Part shown: positions 49,372-62,552 of the stretch, in pieces
How positions within the stretch are numbered: the stretch's first letter is position 1
Layout: every line of letters begins with the position of its first letter
Assembly: GCA_965649765.1 (NCBI GenBank)
Contig: OZ287758.1
Location: forward strand, 46,996,001-47,060,000
Length of the DNA stretch: 64,000 nt
From: Bispira polyomma
Lineage: Eukaryota
Direction of reading: 5' to 3'
Program-made: the position numbers and the translations under genes
The notes under the pieces: model-generated
What the model saw: only the letters and a program-made list of their open reading frames with translations
What the model was told of the DNA's origin: nothing
Databases searched by the model: none

Positions 49372-51738
49372 GTGTGTGTGTTTAAAGACTCAAATACTAA
49401 CATCGAATGAAAATATTGTATATTTGACGTTGTTCTCTGCGAAAGTTTATATCTTCGTTATGCCTCCTCAATTCCATCTGCTATGTGAGACCACTAAATA
49501 TATAAAAACTTCTTAATGCAACAAAATAGGACTGCAGAATCTAGAGCCAAATAACCGCCTCTAGAATTGACCCAATTTGTTTGTGCGGCTTGCTACTCAA
49601 TGGACATATACAAAGTTGTCTGTAGGTTGACCTAGCGTTCACCCCTCTCATCTATTTTTGTCCAACCTCTTACAGTAAACCAACCATATTTTGCCCCCTA
49701 TTTAAATTCAACGCTACCACTGACTACCATTTACTTTTTGCTCACTAAAACCAAAATCGTCCCTACACAAAATATATACATGTCAATATATTCCTCTAAA
49801 ATAGCTCTTTCACTACAACTACATTCAAGTCACTATTTATGTGAACAGAATTAACAAAACCTGGTGTGGGTTTTTTTTTTTGGTTTTTTTTTTTAAGTTT
49901 AAATTTGGGTGGTCACTTTGCGAATATATCTCTAGAGAGCAGAATTGAAGCAGTTTTGTGTATTACTACGCGGCGTTTTCTCTATTCAAAAGCACTCTAC
50001 CATTATCGATTACGCAGTTGACCGCTGGATGACCGCCAAAGCCTATCAAGGCGCTTGACCGGGCCTCTTAGAAAAGAACACACAAACAGGCAGCCTCGCT
50101 TTGGAAATAGAGCCACCTAGATACATAATTGAAGCTCCTCTCTCTGTTTACGTAGAGTTTACTTCTTACTCAAAAGGGCGCAAGTTGTGTACTCATTAAT
50201 ACACATATATACATTCTTGTGGAATTAGTTATTTTGGTTGTTATTGTAGCTTTGGTCAGATAGATTCTGTTCCATAGTGGTGGGGTTTTTTCCTTTGTTT
50301 AAAAAAAAAATACATGGTTGGCTCTAATAATATTTGTGTCGGGAGAATATAATAGGTGGGAGTAAATAATGACAGAGGAGTTTTATATTTTAAGAAAGTC
50401 TTTTTTTTTTCTTGTTGTTTTTAAGAAGACATCAAAGTCATAATGAAACCATTAAAAAGCTACTTGGTCAAAGATCTAATTTGATAGCTTCTTATGTCAT
50501 TGGGACCCTTTTGAGTTATAAGAGCTTTGTTTCTTAATGGATGGAGGGGGAGGGGGGGTGAATTCTAGGACTATATAGTTTGGAATATAAAAAAGCTATT
50601 AGATTAGAACATAAGAAAAAAAACAATATTTCCCTTTGCCCACTTATGATGTCTATGTCCTATTTGTTAGAAGTTCAATAATATAGGTATTGGTCCAATA
50701 GAGTAATTAATGACTTTCTTATGAGTATTTGATACTTTATTGGTTCACAATGAAACCAGCTGTTGTTTCTACAACACGAATCTACTTTGGGGGAAAACCA
50801 ACTTAATCAGTGTTTAAAAAGTCCAAATTATAGATTTCTAGATGCATAGCCATGGAAATATAAGAAATCTATGGTTACAATAACAGTCACCTCCGTGTTT
50901 CTAAAGATTTTAACTGGAAGAACATTTTTTAAGCGATTTACTGGGTTTTTTTTTAATAAATTCACGAAAATGAATGTTTACGGTTGGCCTACAGAATATT
51001 GATACAAATTACAATTTTCCTGAGAATGGATTTGCGCTGTCCCAATTGTTTATTAGCTAAATGAATGCCTGGTTCATCTTTTCACTAATACAGTATTACA
51101 GGAACAAGTTTATGTCTGGCCTGAGGCCAGTAATACATTTAATTTGATTTTTAACAATTTCAAATATATATCTTTCTCATTGTTGTTTGCGACCCGAAAT
51201 ACCAAACAAGTAATACTATGCAATGTTATACAGGAAATTGTTGCTTTTGTTTAAAGTATCCCTGACACTGAAAAGTTTGAAACTGTTGTAAAACACTTTG
51301 ACAAGGCCCTAGTGAATTACCTTTATGCATCTTGAAATACACAGCAAAACTTTTTCCCCAAAAAATGGTATTATGTAAATGGTAAGCAAAATTAAACTGT
51401 AACTAAATTGTTTTGGTATATATTGTAATGTAAATCTCTTGTAAAAATAAAAAGTTAAATTTGGTAACATAGTGCAAAAAATTGAAAATGTGAAAGTGAT
51501 CTAAAATTAAATTGTAAAAATTAAAAGTTGAATTTGGTAGTATAGTGCAAAATAGTGAAAGTGTGATGTAAAACAATTGTAGAAACAAAAGTTTAGTTTG
51601 GTAATGTCCTTTTTATCAACTGCAGAATTCTGCAAATGTATCAGTCACACAATAAAATGATGTGGTAAGTTGAATTGACGTGTAAGCCAATGTGGGCTGG
51701 GCAACAAATTGATGTACACTGTATTCATCTATTAAAGT

Positions 51739-52550
51739 GGGTAACGGAAAGTTGGCTATCAGGAAATTACCCCATCAAGTGTTTCCCATCAGGAAAGTTG
51801 GCCATCAGGAAATTATCCCATCAACTGAATTAAGGGGCTGGAAATTTTCCCATCAAAAGTCAAATTTTATTAGTTAATCCATACTGAATTATACAATATT
51901 AACTGGATATAGCTTTTATTACATTATAGGTACATTATACAACTTTTAGCACTATTACTTTATGGAATTTTTAGCATTTTTGCATCAGACATGTAATGGG
52001 ATTTTGATTAGAGATCAAAGCCCATCATACACTATGACCACCATTTGATTTGTGCTCAGGAATGAAAGTCAAAGCCCATCATACACTATGACCACCATTT
52101 GATTTGTGCTCAGGAATGAAAATCAAAGAATCTTTAAAATTGATTACACTTGACATCTATCACAAGAACCAATGTTACATTATTTGATTTGTGCTCAGGA
52201 ACACAAAATGAAAGCATTCTAATGTTATTTGATTTATACTCAGGGATGGAAATGAAAAAGTTTGTCAATTGGCAATAATGACATCACACAACCATCATAC
52301 AATCTATATCTTCAATTTTTTTTAAATTTTGATTTCCTATATTCAAATTAAAAAAAAAATTGAACAGAAGCAAAAACACTTTTGTAAAGAAAAATATTTT
52401 GATAATGACATTTTAACATAATTTTAAAAAAATTGATGGGAAATTTTCCTACCCCTCAAATTAGCTGATGGGCAGTTTTCCTGATGGGAAACAATTGATG
52501 GGATAATTTCCTGATGGCCAGTTTTCCTGATGGGCAATTTTCAGGGATTC
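51739..52550. mobile_element. Mutator-type MITE with 9-bp TSD
   Basis: TSD tattaaagt at 51730-51738 and 52551-52559. G...C termini and about 120-bp imperfect TIRs built of ccatcaggaaa / tttcctgatgg subrepeats. Internal 54-bp tandem duplication at 52016 and 52070. Confidence 0.85.
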
Positions 52551-54562
52551 TATTAAAGTACATGTCACGACAACAAAAATAAATAAATAATATACATGTA
52601 CAGGACAAATAGAATCAATACACTATTAATCTATTAACACCTAATTGTTTACCTAGATTCAATCCCAACAAATATAAGTCTTTATTTTATTAAAACAGTG
52701 ATACAAGAAAAAAACATGCTAGTTCAATAAGTCAAGTTGTATATTATGTGGAAATTTAAGTTTAGAAATCTGTTATACTTACAGTTTACAGTATGAGCGA
52801 TTGTATATTTGTTCTCTTATTTATTATTAATACAAAGAACAGATACCTATCATATAAAATTCATCTTCTACATCATTTAAATTTTGTTGCTGTAAAAAAA
52901 ACCTTCAACAAAATTTAGGCTGATATTGGATAATATAGTGCCTTCGACTCTCAACCATGTCTCAATGTTGAAAAAAAATTAATTTTGTATTTAATTGCTC
53001 AATTTATATTGAAACCCGGAAAACTTTCGAAAATATTGTGAAGTAAAAATATCGTACATGGGATAACTTGCCAATATCTGAAAAATTAAATAAATATACG
53101 GAAGAAAAAAATATCTCGACCTTCAGGAAATATGCTTCGGAATTTTTTAAAATACCCAAAAATATGATGATATAGCATGTGTACTTGTTAATATTTCTTA
53201 AATGTATGTAACTTATATTTATAATCTGTATGCACATGTAGCAAATATATGTGGTGTTCATTGTTAAAATCAGTGTTTATATATGGTTGTAAATATTTGT
53301 TAACTCAGTTAAGTGTAAATTTAATGTATATAGAGTGCCTTATCAGCCCAACTATTGGGATGGCTGTCCTGGAAATCCAGAAATCGATTGCAATGCATTG
53401 GATTACCTTCTTGGGGTGAAAATCTAACTTTTTTCCATTTTACTTGTATTCATTTCAATTTTGACATTTTTTATTATTATTTTATTTAGTGTATACTCGT
53501 TGTTATACCTTTAAACAGTTAAAACAATATATGACATTTTGTGGTAAAATATTCTGATAATGGCTCCTTTGTCAGTACTAATTAAAATGAAATCTGTTTT
53601 ACCCTAAGAGTTGAAATAGGGAAATAATGCTTCCAATTAGTTGATTGTTTAGTTGGAAAATAGTGAATATGATCTATAATTTTAGAATCTTGTAAAAATC
53701 TGACTAGAAATATCCAGATTTTACATATCAGGGATTAAATGAAATGATTCACCAACCATGTACAATATGGCAAGTATCTGAAGTAGGATTGCTTCTCATC
53801 ATATTGGTTGATTTTGATTTGGGTTTAACGTTGCTTTTAACACATTGTATAAGTCATATTGTTGGAGCCCAACTTCCGATTTGGCCAATCTTAAGATGGG
53901 CTATAGCCCAACTTCGGATCCTAAGTTTGGTAGCCCATCTTAAGATTGGCCAGGAAAACTAGCCAAACTTGAGATTTGATTCAACTTGAGATCTATGAGT
54001 GTAATTCTCTTTTAAAAATTGCCCTAAATTGCTGTACGGTTACAATAAGCTTATCTTTTCACTGTGCTCTTTGATAGGGTTAAAATCCATTTTTTTAAAT
54101 TCATTGTTGAATGTGCATAACTATTCCCTATAATAAATTGCTTGTTTTAATGATGAATTAAAAATATGTATGTTTCTGTCACTAATTCTCTATTAAGAAT
54201 TGTCCTAAATTGCTGTAAGATCACGATTAGTTCATCTTTTCACTATGTAATTTTTTTCACAGAGTGACTCGGCTACCGTTGTCGGTAAAACAATACCTTG
54301 TCGGTAATACAAGTTGCAGATTATTTCAAATATATGAGTAGATACTTAACAATACTGACCAGTAAGTTTCAAATAAAGTAGTAAAGGCAATTAAAAACCC
54401 TCCATTTAGAAATCACAAACGGCAATTTGAAGTTGACATATAACCACATTCACTCTCCAGATAACTGAAATTAATCAGCCGCCTATATAAATTTCAATTA
54501 ATGACAATTGACACTCCTCAATTGTTAATTGCGATTTCTAGAGGGATATGATATGTGTATAT

Positions 54563-55179
54563 GTGATATGTGCATTCTTTGTGGTAAATGAAGACAAACA
54601 TACTTTGGAAGACATGCTCACAAGATTCAAAGACTGGAATCCCAAATGGACTGGCATGCAAACTGTGATTACTGACAAGGACATGACAGAGAGCCTGGCG
54701 TTTAAAATGCTTGTCCACAAGTGAACCTTCAAATCTGCCCCTATCATACCCTTCGCACTTTTAGCAGAGAAGTCACAATGGAAAAGCTGCAGATTAGTTC
54801 ATCAGAAAGAAAGGTGTCATTAGAATGTCTGGAGAAATTGGCCTACTCAACAAGTGAAGAGGACTATCAATAGAACTATCTTAGTTTTGGAGAGAAGGTC
54901 CCCCTTCGAGTTGAGAACTATTTTCATTCCAATTGGCACGGTACAAATGTACAAATGCCACCAATAGGACGCAGAAGGGGCCGACCTAAGGGCCCAGTTA
55001 ACAGGATCATTGGTCTACCCAGGAAGAAAAATGCTGAACCCAAAGTATCTCAACCTAAGAAGAGAGGGCGCCCTGCAAAAGAAAACCAGATACAGCCCTC
55101 AAAGAAGTTGGCCACTACCATAAAGACTCTCCATCTATCTAAAATACCAGGCTCCAATGAATGGGTTTCTCATGACTAA
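54563..55179 (+). pseudogene. MULE (Mutator-like, ZSWIM3-type) transposase remnant, internally deleted
   Basis: Manual translation: VICAFFVVNEDKHTLEDMLTRFKDWNPKWTGMQTVITDKDMTESLAF / PQVNLQICPYHTLRTFSRE...LAYSTSEEDYQ*...YFHSNWH, fused in frame to MPPIGRRRGRPKG...IGLPRKK. Has the DKD and CxxH MULE motifs, a frameshift near 54713 and a stop at 54871-54873. Confidence 0.8.
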
Positions 55180-55544
55180 TTATTTCATGTTCATTAATTA
55201 TCTGTGTAAATAGGCGGTTACAATAATAAAATCAGTTATCTCTCATGTGTGAACACAGATCATAATAATTGATAAGTTTTTCATAACTTTTATGCAGTTT
55301 GATGTATCTTTTGTATAATTTAATTGCATGTTTTTGTCAAAACTTATTAAATGTATCAATATAAACTCAATAAAATGTGTTTTAAATGGTGAACGGTAGT
55401 CTAAAGTAATGATTTACGCTACCGACAACGGTATCCGAAAGACGTACTTTGCGCTACCGTTGTCGGTTTCACAGTCACGGCGTTAATTCAAGATACCTCG
55501 ATAGAATGGGAAGCTATGTAGAGCTTGATTTGTTTGTAAGTACT

Positions 55545-55925
55545 AGATCTGTGATTAACTGGCTTAACTGGATTTAATCATGTCCATCCTTTCATAATTG
55601 AAATTAAATAGGAAGCCACCACTGTATGTTGATTTGTTTGACATAACTAAATGTGTGACTAAATAGCCTAACTGGCTTACGTTGCTAATCATGTCCACCC
55701 TTTGATTAATGAAATCAAATAGGAAGCCATGACAGTAGGTTGATTTGTTTGACCTAACTCGATGCGTGATTAAATAGCTCAACTGGCTTTAGTGTTGGGT
55801 AAACATGTCCACCCTTTGATTAATGAAATGAAATAGGAAGCCACAGCTCTAAGTTGAATTGTTTGTTCCAACTGGATGTGTGATTAAGTAGTTAACTGGC
55901 TTTAGTGTTGGCACTCAGGTCCACC
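55545..55925. repeat. Tandem repeat, about 3.3 units of 111-115 bp, inside the TIR element
   Basis: Recurring aactggctt...catgtcca...aaataggaagcca...gttga.ttgtttg. Confidence 0.85.
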
Positions 55926-58599
55926 AATAGAACAGTGACTAAATGCTAAATATTTCTAATATTACAATTGTTTAAATAAATTAATAATAACGAACACATA
56001 ATAATAATATCTTTTTATGTTTGTTTATACAGAATATAGTTTGTGTGCTGTGTAAATTCTGTAGCCAGTTTAAAGAGTGAGAGAAGGGTCACTGAAGGAT
56101 ATTTATAAAATTAATATCTTTTCATATTATAGATGTGCCTGTATACAAAATCTCAAGTTGGGCTAGTTTTTAATTTTAATCCAATCTCAAGTTGGGCTGG
56201 TTTTCCTGGCCAATCTTAAGTTGGCCTAGCCCATCTTAAGATGGGCTGACCCATCTTAAGATAGGCTGCCAAACTTAGGATCCTAAGTTGGGCTATTGCC
56301 CATCTTAAGATAGGCCAAATCGGAAGTTGGGCTCCAACAATATCACGGCGGGCTGTTTCAGTGCTGGAGAAAGCCAGTGTATACTAGTTGATTCTACCCT
56401 GGAAACTAGCAACCATCTGCAAGTAGCTGCCAATCTTCCACTTAAAGCCCAGGCCAAAATTTAAACCGGGAACATAGAGGTGAGAGGTGAGTGAGAGGTG
56501 AGAGGTGCACCACCGAAGTCCCCATCTTAACATATTGCTGTGCATGTATGCATAGTTTAATTAAAAGTTGTCTTAATATGACATAAGCATGTTGAAAGCA
56601 ACATAAAAAAGTATTTGATGTGAGTATAAATATTAAGGCATATTTTTAGATGAGAAACATTAAAAAAAACTGTAACTTTAAATACTCTAACTAAACTCTA
56701 GAACACGAGTGTGTGTTAGGTTTTGGAACTGGTTGTGCCGTCGTACAAATAATACATTGAGAAGGTTTTTTTTTGGGGGGGGGAATGAAATGTGCAAAAA
56801 ACCTTGTGAATGACAGTTGGGAATCATATATGTATAATGCATATTTGGTCATTTAAACTTGTTTTTCTTATATTGAACAAGGGCAATAAAGTTAACACAT
56901 GGGGTTAGTCACTGGAATAATTTTAACAGCGATGCATAAGCAGTGGCGGTCAAAAATCCCATATCAACCAAAAATACGCATTGTCGCTCTTGGAGGGCCA
57001 AAAACATGGAAAATAAAACTTTTATATAAGATGATATTCTAGGCCTAAGACAATCTTTACTTTGTCAGTTGAGAATTTGTATCTTATCGCTTGAACTTTA
57101 ATTTGCCAGATACTCATGGGTTCATTTAAATGACAAAATCTGTAAACTTTCTACATCTGATAATTAGAAGATGAAATTCACTTTCTTTGTAAATGCTCTG
57201 TACTGGAAAATATTTGTTTGAAATATGTTGATAAACTCAATTTGGGTTCACCACCATCAGTTATAGATTTTGTTGTCAGTGTGTTAAATCATTCTAAAGT
57301 AAATGTTGGTATAAATTTTGTTTAAGTTTTATGGTATCCGAGAGAAATTTGAAACTGTATACCTCATTATAGTTCTGTTTGTCAAATAGCATATGTTTTA
57401 GGTGACATTTAAACCCATATAGGGCTGGATACTTGTATGTGTAATCGGTTTTATTTTGTAATTTACTATAAATTGATTGTACATGACACTAGAATAACCA
57501 AAAAAAATTTGGTTGTAATTGTGCTTTCTATTGAGAAAATAAGCTATTATTATTAACTTTTTGCAACGTATAGCAAAGACAACATGACATTACAATAATA
57601 AAAACAATACAATTACAATGTTTTGAAACCATTTCACATACAGTAAATGAGACTAAAAGTTAAGTGTCACTTAACATTGAAGCCAGTCCATATGACCTGG
57701 GCTTATAAGGCACTTTGTGCTCCATTGGTGATTTTTGTCACCATGATATAAATGTAGAATATCATATATATAAAATTATAATATACCAGATCGGACTTCT
57801 AAGCAGTTTTAGTCCGGTAAGCCTTTTTTCGTCGCCTGTCAGAGCCAAGAAGACATTTCTAGTATATTCTTACAAATTTTCTGAGATTAGCCAGGTTAAA
57901 TAATTTATTTTCCTGTAAACAAATGTTCTATTGTATAATTTAACATACATTATTAATAAAATATGTACTCTTTGTGTGTTCATATAAAATACACTAGAAC
58001 ATTACAAAAAACATATAATGGAACATAATACATGTATTAAAACTAAAATGTATATATATATGTGCATCAATAAATACTGCATTAGAACTAAACACTTAAC
58101 TGTAAAGGAATTCTGTTTGTTGAAAATAGATACTAAATAGTTTGTTAAATGGTAGATTGTCTTTTTGTCACATACATAGAGAGCTTGTATTTATAGAGTT
58201 GTAGGTAAACAAAGCAACTTCTGTGACAAACTAAAAGATATAAAATATGTTATGTCGCAGTTATTAATCTAAAAAATGGCCTCACATTTTGACAGAAGAT
58301 GCAAAAGTATTTATTCTTTCCAAAAATATTTACTTTGTTGTTAAAGGGTGAGATTTCCATTGAACTTTTGTCATAATTGGGACCAAAATATTGAAAAAAA
58401 AATGGCGTTTGGGCAAAACTAGTTGGGCAATACAACTCCATCTTCTCGACCAGTAACTAGCCCACTATTTTCGTACTTTTCAGCAACTTGCCATCTTGAT
58501 ATGTGGTGACCACTGTTACACTGTTTTCTTGTTTTTGTTATTAAAACCACATATGAGGTGCCAACCAAATATTGAGTATATTCTTTTTGTTTCTTATTT

Positions 58600-58900
58600 T
58601 TCTGTATATATATATATATGCAAGAGGCCTGTGGCCTAAAAGCAAATACACATGTTCTTTTCTGTTCTGTTCTTTATGAGAAAGGCTATCCCAGTCACAA
58701 ACTTTAGCAGACATGTAATATTCTGTCGCCAATCTTATAGTATTATCAACTGGGCAGAAAAATAAAAAGTGATTTTCATCTTCAATACCATTATTACAAA
58801 ATTGTCCTGTCCTCACATGACACTCCTTGGCAAACGGCCTCAAAACCTAAAGTGGCAAAGATCTACATCTTATTTTGGAAAGAATTTGTCTCAACATGTA
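58600..58900 (-). mobile_element. LINE ORF2 C-terminal zinc-knuckle-like fragment
   Basis: RCRSLPL...VRTGQFCNNGIEDENHFLFFCP matches the R.C..C...EDE.HFL..CP motif at the end of many non-LTR ORF2 proteins. Confidence 0.65.
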
Positions 58901-60120
58901 CCCATGTTGTCTATAACCTTACAATATTTTGCTAATTATTACATATTGTATGTGAGCGTGATACATCTTGTCAGGGTAAATTTTGTTTTGGTACATTTTT
59001 TTTCTGGTATGTTTTGTCCCAGTGTGTTTTGTCCTACACCCATATACCATAGTGTACCGTGATTTGAAGATAATGATGCTATTATTCCCTTGTTATATAT
59101 ATATTGAAATATTGTTATAATATAGCACGGTTTGGTACATATAGATATTTTGGAAATCTCTATAGCACATTCTGATCTGTTTATTATATTTGTGACCACC
59201 ATACAATACTTAATGTGTTTGTTGTAAATAATGAGAAGATGGTCAAAGGGTTTTTAATCCTCAAATCTGATATATGTATGGCCTTTAGAAATCAATAAAC
59301 CTCCGGTACATAAATCCTCAGCCCTCTCTTACACCTGACCTCTCCCAAAATAGTCTGTATAATTATCATTTAGTTTATTATAGTGACATGCACGCTTGTT
59401 TTCTATATCAATTTATTATACTACATAAATATGGTTGCCCAGCCCACATAAACTTATAAGTCAAACTTTAATTCATTACATATTTTTGTTGTTTGACAGA
59501 TACATTTCACATTTGCAGTATTTTGCGGCTAATACATTGTTTCATTGCATTATTGTATCGTTATCACACGTGTAGAATGTCTCTTTATATGTCTTTGCAA
59601 GGTTATTTATGACACAAGACATGATGTTCACATTTTTGAAGTCACTAATAAGTGTATTGATTTTGTTAATGTGCATATTTTTAAATGTACTGGTTGGACA
59701 CTACACACTAAAGAATTAATCTATCTCCCCATTCTATCTATAAACTAGGCCATACCCAGTTGTGGGTTTTGGAATCTTGACCACGGACTTGTGTGTGGTG
59801 AGAAAATTGGCAAGAGACAACCTGAAGGCCAAGTGGCTGGTTTGAGCAGCACACAAACCTTGACCAACTGGCCTGTTCTGATTTCCTCCACCGGTGAACC
59901 GCCACATAAGACGTGTTGATAGCAATTTTCAACTTAAAACTAAACTGTAAAGGCCATTCTACCCCCATATATTTCAAGGTGGCTGTTTTAAGAAAGTTCT
60001 GTGTGGGAAGGACGTGTTTTTTCATCCACGCCACAATTTTGTCAAGTCAGGGCCAGGAATTAGCCTAGCAACAGACCCTGTTATTAACTCATCTGAAGTT
60101 AGAATTCGAAATGTAGGTTT

Positions 60121-60326
60121 GGGGTGTTTTTTTTTTCTGTCGCTTTCAACAGCTTAGGTCATATCATAACGGTCAGATTCAATGAAGGAAGAAAACCACC
60201 GACATACCGTTAGTACCTGACAAACTTTCACACATGAAGGAACGAATGGGATTCGAAAACCCATATTGGTGAGAGACCAATCATTTTGAAGCAAGCGCTT
60301 TTATTCAACAAGCCAACGCAGCACCC
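60121..60326 (-). mobile_element. SINE family B copy (MetaSINE-like)
   Basis: gtcgctttcaacagcttaggtcatatc...aaaaccaccgac...agtacctgacaaacttt...gggattcgaa. Confidence 0.8.
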
Positions 60327-61399
60327 GTTTATTCGGCTAAGAAAACTTAGATAAACTAAAGGGGGGAGAAGGAAGTTTCACCAGCTGCACTCAATATTCA
60401 CCATTTCACTATAATTTATAGGTGAACACTGACACTAGCCTTGTCTGTTTGAGGACACCAGTTATCAATCTAATAATCAAGACTTAATAATTGTAAGGTC
60501 TCCCCTATGTTCATCTTGGTATATGAGCTGGCACAGCATTTCCACAACATCCAAAAATATTAATGTTCTTATCCCCAAAGTCATTTTTCTGGGGGTTTTT
60601 TTGTTTTGTTTTTTTTTTTGTTTTTTTTTTTTTTGCACAAGGAAAGCTTACCACTATCTTGCAGTGTAAGCTGAAGATGTCTGTCTGCCTGGTTATACAA
60701 GAAGTAGTTATAAGAATAAGTGAACATTATAAATATAGTTTAAGTATAGGACTTCTGGGAGCCAGATTAATATAATTCTTATATTTCAACATATACAAAT
60801 CAGTTATTAATAGCTGAAAGAAGTAGATTTTTTCTGAAGTTCCCATATCTCTGGCAAGATTAGGAACGATGTCAAACCTGACTGTATATTTGTATTCAGC
60901 GATGAAAAGCTCCATTAAAATAAATGATCAAAAGTACAGTTATTTCCATGTACAAAAGTTACAGGTATAGCATCCACTTAAAGTTCTTTTTAAGTCAGAG
61001 AAGAAACTGATGCTAATTGTGAATACCGCCCCTAGTTATAAAATAATCTTTGAGAACAACAAATTAGGGCTCCATCTATAACCTTTCTCGCACCCCAATA
61101 AAATATGTCTTAATTCTCGAAAACAAGTTGCAGAAACGTCACTCTTAACTTAGCTGATTTATAAGTGCACATTATGGAAGGTTTTTAAGGGCTTTGGGGA
61201 ACTAGATTCGGTCAGAAAAAGTATGGTGTCATCATATAGATATGGACTTTACTGGTAAAATCTATATGGTTGGTCTAGCTCAAGCCTCTTATACCCCCGC
61301 CTCCATTATGTAACTTATGTATGAGTTCAGTATAGTCTATGATGAATCCAACAGACAGTAGATATGTGTTATAATCTGCTAAAATACAATGGTTTTATT

Positions 61400-61610
61400 T
61401 TGTACCCAGGTGTATCAATGGGTACCTGGTCGATAATGGGTGTCAGTAGTCTTTGTGCACTGTATGTGGCAGCACGGCTAATATGCTTCCGGTGGGAGCT
61501 GAGACTGAATATTTGGTTGACAAGTGGAAAAACACAAGCTGGGAGTGTAAACTGTGAATTGTGGAGTCGGATGAGTCGGATATCAGACTATAAACCTACA
61601 CACATTTACA
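61400..61610 (+). mobile_element. 3' part of a CORE/V-type SINE
   Basis: acccaggtgtatcaatgggtacc core-like motif and a 3' ggatatcagactataaacc...acatttacat tail. Confidence 0.5.
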
Positions 61611-61821
61611 TCTCTGCTCGTCATATTATCAAAGTGTCAACTTATTTTCAGTAGTACAGTTATTGTTGCATACTTTTTGTCAGACCAGCTAGCCTATACA
61701 AATCTACAATGTCCTCACATATTACATGAGACAAAAAAAATAACTTTATATGCTGTGAGCTTGTGGCTTTTAGTTTTAAATGCTGAGACCAGTTTCTGAA
61801 ACCCCAAAATATAGTTGGCTT

Positions 61822-62122
61822 TAACCCCTTCGACCCTGTGAAAACTGAAGCCGGAAAATGAAGGAATTTGGGGGTAATAAGTTACAGATAGCTGGAGTCA
61901 CTAGAACACATACCACAGACTACTTGCTGTATTCAATATAAGGCCTCACATAGGAGTTTCTAAAACAAAGAAGTCTGCTGTACTAACAGTTTCATATTAC
62001 AAGGCACTGAAGGAAAATAAAATAGTGTTTTGGGGGTGTTAACTGCTTGGCAATAGACACAGGTTCTTGGAGTAACCAATGCTGTTGGCTGCTAGCCGAT
62101 AACCTGGGGATGAAAAGGGTCC
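61822..62122. mobile_element. piggyBac-like MITE
   Basis: Starts TTAA|CCCCTTCGACCC and ends gggatgaaaaggg. Homologous to 19470-19905. Confidence 0.55.
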
Positions 62123-62269
62123 AAGGAAAGACCTAAATGTGGTCTTTATAGAAAAAGTTGTGCATTTATAAAACAACAAAAATGAAATTGTAAGTTTAAA
62201 CAAGAAGTCTGTATTCCCAGGTTGTTCTGTTGATGGGCTGTTTATATTTAGTGTGAACTTTACGTTGGT

Positions 62270-62552
62270 TACACCAGCTTCATATTATTCAACCAACAGG
62301 TTCATATTATTAATTATTCAACCGACAGCTTTATATTAGTAAACCATCAGCTTTATATTAATAAACCAACAGCTTCATATTCTTAAACTAACGGCTTCAT
62401 AATATTAATTATTAAACCAACAGCTTCATATTCTTACACTAAAGGGCTTCATAATATTAATTATTAAACCCACTGCTTCATATTATTAATTATTAAACCA
62501 ATAGCTTCATATTTCTTAACCATCAGCTTTTTATTATTAAACCAACAGCTTC
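62270..62552. repeat. Degenerate minisatellite, 22-30 bp units
   Basis: Repeated aaaccaacagcttcatattatt(aattatt). Confidence 0.85.

Larger units (their letters stand above)
53860..56339 (+). mobile_element. 2.48-kb TIR DNA transposon (TGTT...AACA ends, ATAT TSD) inserted in a SINE
   Basis: TIRs tgttggagcccaacttccgatttggcc... / ...ggccaaatcggaagttgggctccaaca extend more than 130 bp. ATAT at 53856-53859 and 56340-56343. The flanks rejoin to the SINE motif gtcatatcacggcgg. Confidence 0.9.

Noticed and set aside
32203-51588. Numerous 60-127 aa ORFs in the ORF track
   Set aside because: Low-complexity F/I/Y/K-rich translations of AT-rich DNA, many with non-ATG starts, and no recognisable domains.
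54955-55179. Stand-alone HMGA-like AT-hook gene
   Set aside because: It is in frame with, and part of, the broken MULE transposase inside a TIR element.
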